DNA of 64,000 nucleotides from Camelus ferus (Eukaryota), in NCBI RefSeq assembly GCF_009834535.1, contig NC_045697.1, positions 15,502,001 to 15,566,000 of the forward strand, written 5' to 3'. The translations under genes were made by a program, and so were the position numbers. Positions 59,050-64,000 of the stretch are shown in pieces. A model generated the notes under the pieces. It did not search any database and was not told where the DNA came from. It saw only the letters and a program-made list of their open reading frames with translations. The stretch's first letter is position 1; each line of letters opens with the position of its first letter.

Positions 59050-60900
59050 ATTGCATTAATTCGGCAAGGCTACATTATTGTGCAATAAGAAATTTTCAGA
59101 AATCTCATTTGAACACAATAAAATTTTATTGCTCACTCTCAATGATAGTCACTGGAGGAAAGGGTGGGCATGCATTTCTCTGTTCTGGTTTTTGCAGTCA
59201 TTCAGAGACACCCCTTCCATCTCAACACAAAGCTTTTCAATTCCTTTAGAGGTGGGAGAGAGAACATGGAGGTTACGCAGAGGAGGTGAAGACCAGGTCT
59301 AGGAGTGGTGCACATCACTTCTACCCACAACCCATTGGCCAGAAGTTATTCATTTGGTTCCACTAACACAATGGGAGAGTGAGCAAATGGTCTTCCTATG
59401 TATCCGGGGGAAATGAATAGGGTTTGATAAATACCTATATCTGTCATTGCAAATGTCTCTATTTTTGATTTCCAAATATGCATTTTGTTCTTTCTCCCAC
59501 ACATAGAACATGCTCACACCCTCCCCAGGGAGGCAGTCAGGAGATCCGATCTGCACTGAAACTAGCTCAAAGTCCAGGATTTCTGGGTAACCTCTCCATT
59601 TCCATCTGGATGTGGCTCCTTCTTGTACAACAACCTATGAACTAAGAAGACAAGATCCCCTCCCCCACCCCACCCCTGCAATGGTGGGCCAGGGACACAA
59701 TAACCGCGTGGACACCTAGGAGATGCTTAGTAGCCACTAGTCTCTAGCAATTTCGATACACCACTGGGCCAACTTTGTGAAGGTCTTCTACCATGGAAGG
59801 GGTGAAAGCTCCTTGAAGTGACCCCAATTCTGCTCTCTTGAAGGAGAGAATCGCCTGCCTTTTGTTCTTTATGATTCTGGACTTCACTCAGGGACATTCT
59901 TCCTGGTTTATCATCCACGTTGGCCACATCTGACTTGGGTGTTGGAGAGTGGACCTTTTAATAGTGGCACAGCTCACGCGGCCCATTTCCTGCATGCGGG
60001 TTGTTTTAAGGCTCAAACAATTAAGCTTTTTCTAGGCAAGTCACACGAGTTCTTTGGGAGCAAGTTCTCTCAAATAACTAGTATGCTTCTGATTTATTTG
60101 CTTCTGGTTAGATCCATGTGCTGTTAACTGTATTCATAATTCTTTTGTAGACTTGGATCACAGATCTTTTTATTTCTTCTCTCTCTTGCCCCCATGCCTG
60201 CCCCTCTCAACCTAACGGCCGCTACCTTAAGGCGATGAGGCTTGAGTGGACAGACCATTTCTTTGACTCAGAGCTGATCTCTGCCTCAAAGCTGAGTCAC
60301 TCCACACAACTAAGAAGTCTCACTGGGTCTTTGCCTCTCAAAGCCTTTTCAAATCACATGCCTTCCTTGGAGCCTAGAAGCAATTGACTTTTCCAAACCT
60401 GGAGGACCCTGACCTTTGAGACCTTATTCTCCTTCTTTTTTGCATATAATCTGTCCAATTCTTTATCTTTTTTATACCATATTTCATTGATTATGAGATG
60501 CATATTCACTTTTCATTTTAATATCTTTGAGATTGGGCTGCCTTTCATAATTGATGCAATAAAAAGGCATAATGTCCAAGCTTAACTGATGTTTTTCATC
60601 CTGAGTGAGACATAAAATAACGGTGTGTCTTGCAATTTATGACGTATCATAGTCTATGAACTTTAGAAATAACTTGCAAAATGTAGTTAATAACAATGAG
60701 TTTAAACCTACTAACATCATTGTTCATCTCTTCCTCTAGAAATGTAAGCTCAGCACAGAGCCTTCTAAGGGATCACAGGTGTGTCAAGTGTGCCGAAGTT
60801 TTGCCACGACATACATGTATCTCCAACCATCTAGATCTCTGTTGTTGTTTTCCGATCATTTGCCACCCCATTGCTAAGCAAATATTATGGTATCAGTCAT
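59050..60900 (-). mobile_element. MLT1J-type LTR plus MaLR internal sequence
   Basis: cacatcacttctacccacaacccattggccagaa LTR text followed by tagctcaaagtccaggat...acctatgaacta internal text. Confidence 0.7.
60477..60665. mobile_element. MER104-like Tc2 MITE
   Basis: ccatatttcattgattatgagatgca...cataaaataacggtgtgtcttgcaat...atgaa, with terminal inverted structure. Confidence 0.75.
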
Positions 60901-61149
60901 CAGGCATAGTGGTTCTCTCTGCCACATCTGAGAAGCTGGACACATGCTTACATGCTTTGGTTTGGCCTTTTGCTCCTGCCCTCCCATGACCAGAGCATGT
61001 CTCAAGCAAAAGCTGATCCTTCAGTCTAACTCCCAAGATAAGACATGTGGAGAAGTGCCAAGCAGATGGGACAAATCATAAAATCCAAAAGACACTCAGC
61101 CTAGAAGCTTTTAGAGATGATTTCCATGAACCACTCAAGGAATAAAAAT

Positions 61150-61560
61150 TCCTAGCTTATGCAAATTGCTTCACAGAATAAGAAAAAAAAAAAAAAGGAA
61201 AGCTACAAACTCATTCAATGAGGCTAATGTAACATAGATATCAAACCTAGATAAGAATAGCATAAGAAAAAATATTTAAGCCAATCTAATTTAAAAATAT
61301 AGACGCAAAAACTTCAACACATACAAGTAAAATAAATTTAGCAGTCTGTTAAGAAAATTCACCCCAACTAAAATGAGTTAATCCTAGGAAAGCAAAGAAT
61401 TCTATATTTTTTAAAATGTATTAATCACCAGAATAATACATTAAAGGGGAAAACATAATTATCTCAACAGATTTTAAAAAATCATCTTACAAAAATTTCA
61501 TGATGAAAACCTCTAAGCAAACTAAAAAAGAAGGAAAGATCTTTTCCTTAATAAAAAATG
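61150..61560 (+). mobile_element. Old L1 ORF2 fragment
   Basis: aaactcattcaatgaggcta...ccaatct..ttaaaaatatagacgcaaaa...attatctcaacagat. Confidence 0.75.
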
Positions 61561-62879
61561 ACTGGTTATGTGATAAAGACAGATGGTCCGCTGCAAAGGA
61601 GATGGACAGCATGCACTTCCCAGGCGACACTGTTCAATGTCCTCCCCGACAGAAGGCACTCAAAGTCATACTGTGTAATCATTCCATGCATTCCCAGGAC
61701 TGCTGGACAGTGCCCACTCCTTGTAGCATATTGTTTATGAAAGAATTGCTTTGGCTTGTCTTGTAATAATTTCCCCATGGCATTTTTCCTTCAGGAAGAA
61801 GACAAGTGTTGGAAAGCAGGGGTATTTGGAATCAGAGGGGAAACCAGTGTGGGAGGAAAGATGCCCATGGGCATCCATCTTTTCCATCAAGCTGCTCGGA
61901 CACTACATTGATCGTTTCCAATGACCAGTTTATGTTCAATGTTTAAGCACCTGTTTATAAACAGAAATGAATTTAAAGTACAAAGGATAATATCCAAGAT
62001 TCCCTACATGTAAAATCCTGCAAGATTTCCGGGATCTGGATTTCAATTTAGCCCATGCCTGCGGAGAATCCTGGGTGTTCCTGCTTAACCAAGTCCTAGT
62101 TTATCTTTGGATCCTCTCTTGCTACAGATAGAAGAGCTTAACTAACGCAGCTGCAACCACCTTTTCTTCCATGCTGGTGCTGTTCTAAATTCTAAGATCG
62201 TGTCGGGAAAAAGCAATGAGGATCGGTCCTCAATTTTCCTTTGACTGCCATTGCCTCCGAGTGTCAAAGGGAGCCAGGGAGCTTAAAGGCTGTCACGGAC
62301 ACTCTCTTTAAAAAAATAGCATGTCAAGGGCCTCAAATATCTCCTGCTTTCAGCCAATTCCTTTGGCAGCCAGCACAAGGGCTACTGTCACTTGAATTTC
62401 TCTGACGGAAGCCAGGACAGGGTCAGCTAGGTTTTCTTACATCCGTGTCCTTGCACAAACATTGTTGTCCCCATGTTTCCTCTACTGGATCTGAGAGCTG
62501 CTCAAGCTACAACAGCCTGTCCCAATTTTTGTTCAGTTCAAGTTAGGTTGTTTTGTGTTTTTATCACAACAAGGAAAGCAACTGGGATTTAAAAAGAAAA
62601 GGATGTGCATCTCGATATTCGGCTACTTTTTCTTTTCTCTGAGAATCTCTCTGTTCTCTTTCTCAGAGTTCTGAGAATCCTTCTGCTCTGGTTCAGGAAA
62701 CCAGAACTAAACACAGCAGGAAACGGGTCTGCCCTTCTTGTTTCATACCAATCACTCTGCACCGAGACAACGATCTCAATTCTTCCCGTTTTCCCTTCCA
62801 TATGGTGTATAAATCCCAGATCACCACTTCATTCATGCAGCAAATATCCTTTAAGCCCTTCCAGGATCTGCAATATCTT

Positions 62880-63490
62880 CTAGGGATGTAAAGGTGGGTG
62901 GAATATGGTTCCCTGCCTAGTCGGAGCCTCAGATGCATGAACTGGACAGCGCAGAACCAATAGCAGGTGCAATGCTGGTAGGCTGTGATTGGGAGCAGAG
63001 AATGGTAGCACCCAGCCCAGTCTGGAGAAATCAGAAAGGGCTTTCTGGAGGCAGCAACATATCAGCTGAGTCATACATGAGTAGGAGGAGAAGGGAATAA
63101 GAACAAACCCGGCAAAGGGAATGATAAGCACTAATGTAGGATTTCTCAATCTCAGCACCACTGACATTTTGGGACAGAGAATTATTTTCTGGTGGAGGGA
63201 GGGCTGTCCTATGCTGTGCAAGATGTTTAGCAGCAGCAAACCCAGCTTCTATTCACTAGGTGACAGTAGTGTCCCCTTTCTCAATTGTGACAATCATAAA
63301 TGTCTCCAGACATTGTCAAATTTTACCCCGGGAGAATAAAATTGCCGCTAGTTGAGAGCCACTGCACTGGGCATGGAAGGAAGAATTCAAAGCAGGTTGA
63401 AATAGCTGGAGCATAAATCTTGAGACAGAGAGTGACTGGCGCTGGCCGTGGAGAAGTTTGCAAAAGCCAGGTCTTCAAAGGCTTTTATTC
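62880..63490 (-). mobile_element. L2 fragment interrupted by MER20
   Basis: tggttccctgcc...atcagaaagggctttctggagg...gctggagcataa. Confidence 0.65.
63137..63364. mobile_element. MER20 hAT-Charlie element
   Basis: tttctcaatctcagcaccactgacattttgg...tgtctccagacattgtcaaa...gttgagagccactg. Confidence 0.92.
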
Positions 63491-64000
63491 CCTTCAGCTC
63501 CAGGAAAGTAACTGAACCTAACAAGAGTGCTTCCACTTTTGAGAAATAGCAATAGCAAGACTTTTTTTCAGGGGAATGTGGCGAGCGCTGAATCAGATCC
63601 CTTCTGTAAAGAACTTAGCACAGTGCTGGTCACACATAAAAAGAGATTTGTCCCCTCTTTTCTTGCTCAGTTCCATTGTCCAGACTGGGAGTTGTGGTGG
63701 TGAACTGAAGGGCAGTCAGAGGCCGGAGTGAGCGGTGGGCAGGGCCTCCGAGGCAGGAACAATTAAGCCGCAAGCAGGGCTGTCCACCACGGAGCTGGCC
63801 GTGCTCCCACCTGGCCAACAGAGGCGTGAAGTCCTCCGGCCCCACGGCATTGCCCTCACCTACTTCTGAGCTTATCTTTCCAAACACCTGGCTCATGTGT
63901 GTTAGTCAGACACATTTCCTTGTCTAATATTGATCTCGACCCAGCAAACAGCTACAGTGTCCCTGTATAGACCAGGTCATGGAAAAGAGGGGAACAGATG

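Overview
Mammalian, repeat-rich DNA, very probably camelid (Vic-1-type tRNA-derived SINEs and camelid-style L1 3' tails). I find no intact protein-coding gene; most listed ORFs are chance or repeat-derived. Stitching non-repetitive islands by splice sites and exon phase reveals two decayed, intron-containing genes lying tail-to-tail. Relic A is on the minus strand at ~8.7-42.8 kb (~22 exon remnants, ~5.4 kb coding) and includes a SWIM finger CxC-x7-[stop]xH. Relic B is on the plus strand at 1-~6.4 kb (7 exon remnants, 5' part outside the window). Both translate colinearly into distant homologues of the ZSWIM4/5/6/8 (EBAX-type, Elongin BC-cullin adaptor) family. They are full of stops, frameshifts and broken splice sites, and old TEs appear to sit inside exons. 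They look like unitary pseudogenes of two divergent ZSWIM paralogues probably lost early in eutherian history. The family assignment rests on by-eye comparison with ZSWIM5/6/8 sequences recalled from memory and needs a real alignment. Also present: an RPS6 retro-fragment, many MaLR/ERV LTRs, L1, L2, MIR, DNA-transposon relics and microsatellites. Repeat subfamily names and edges are approximate.
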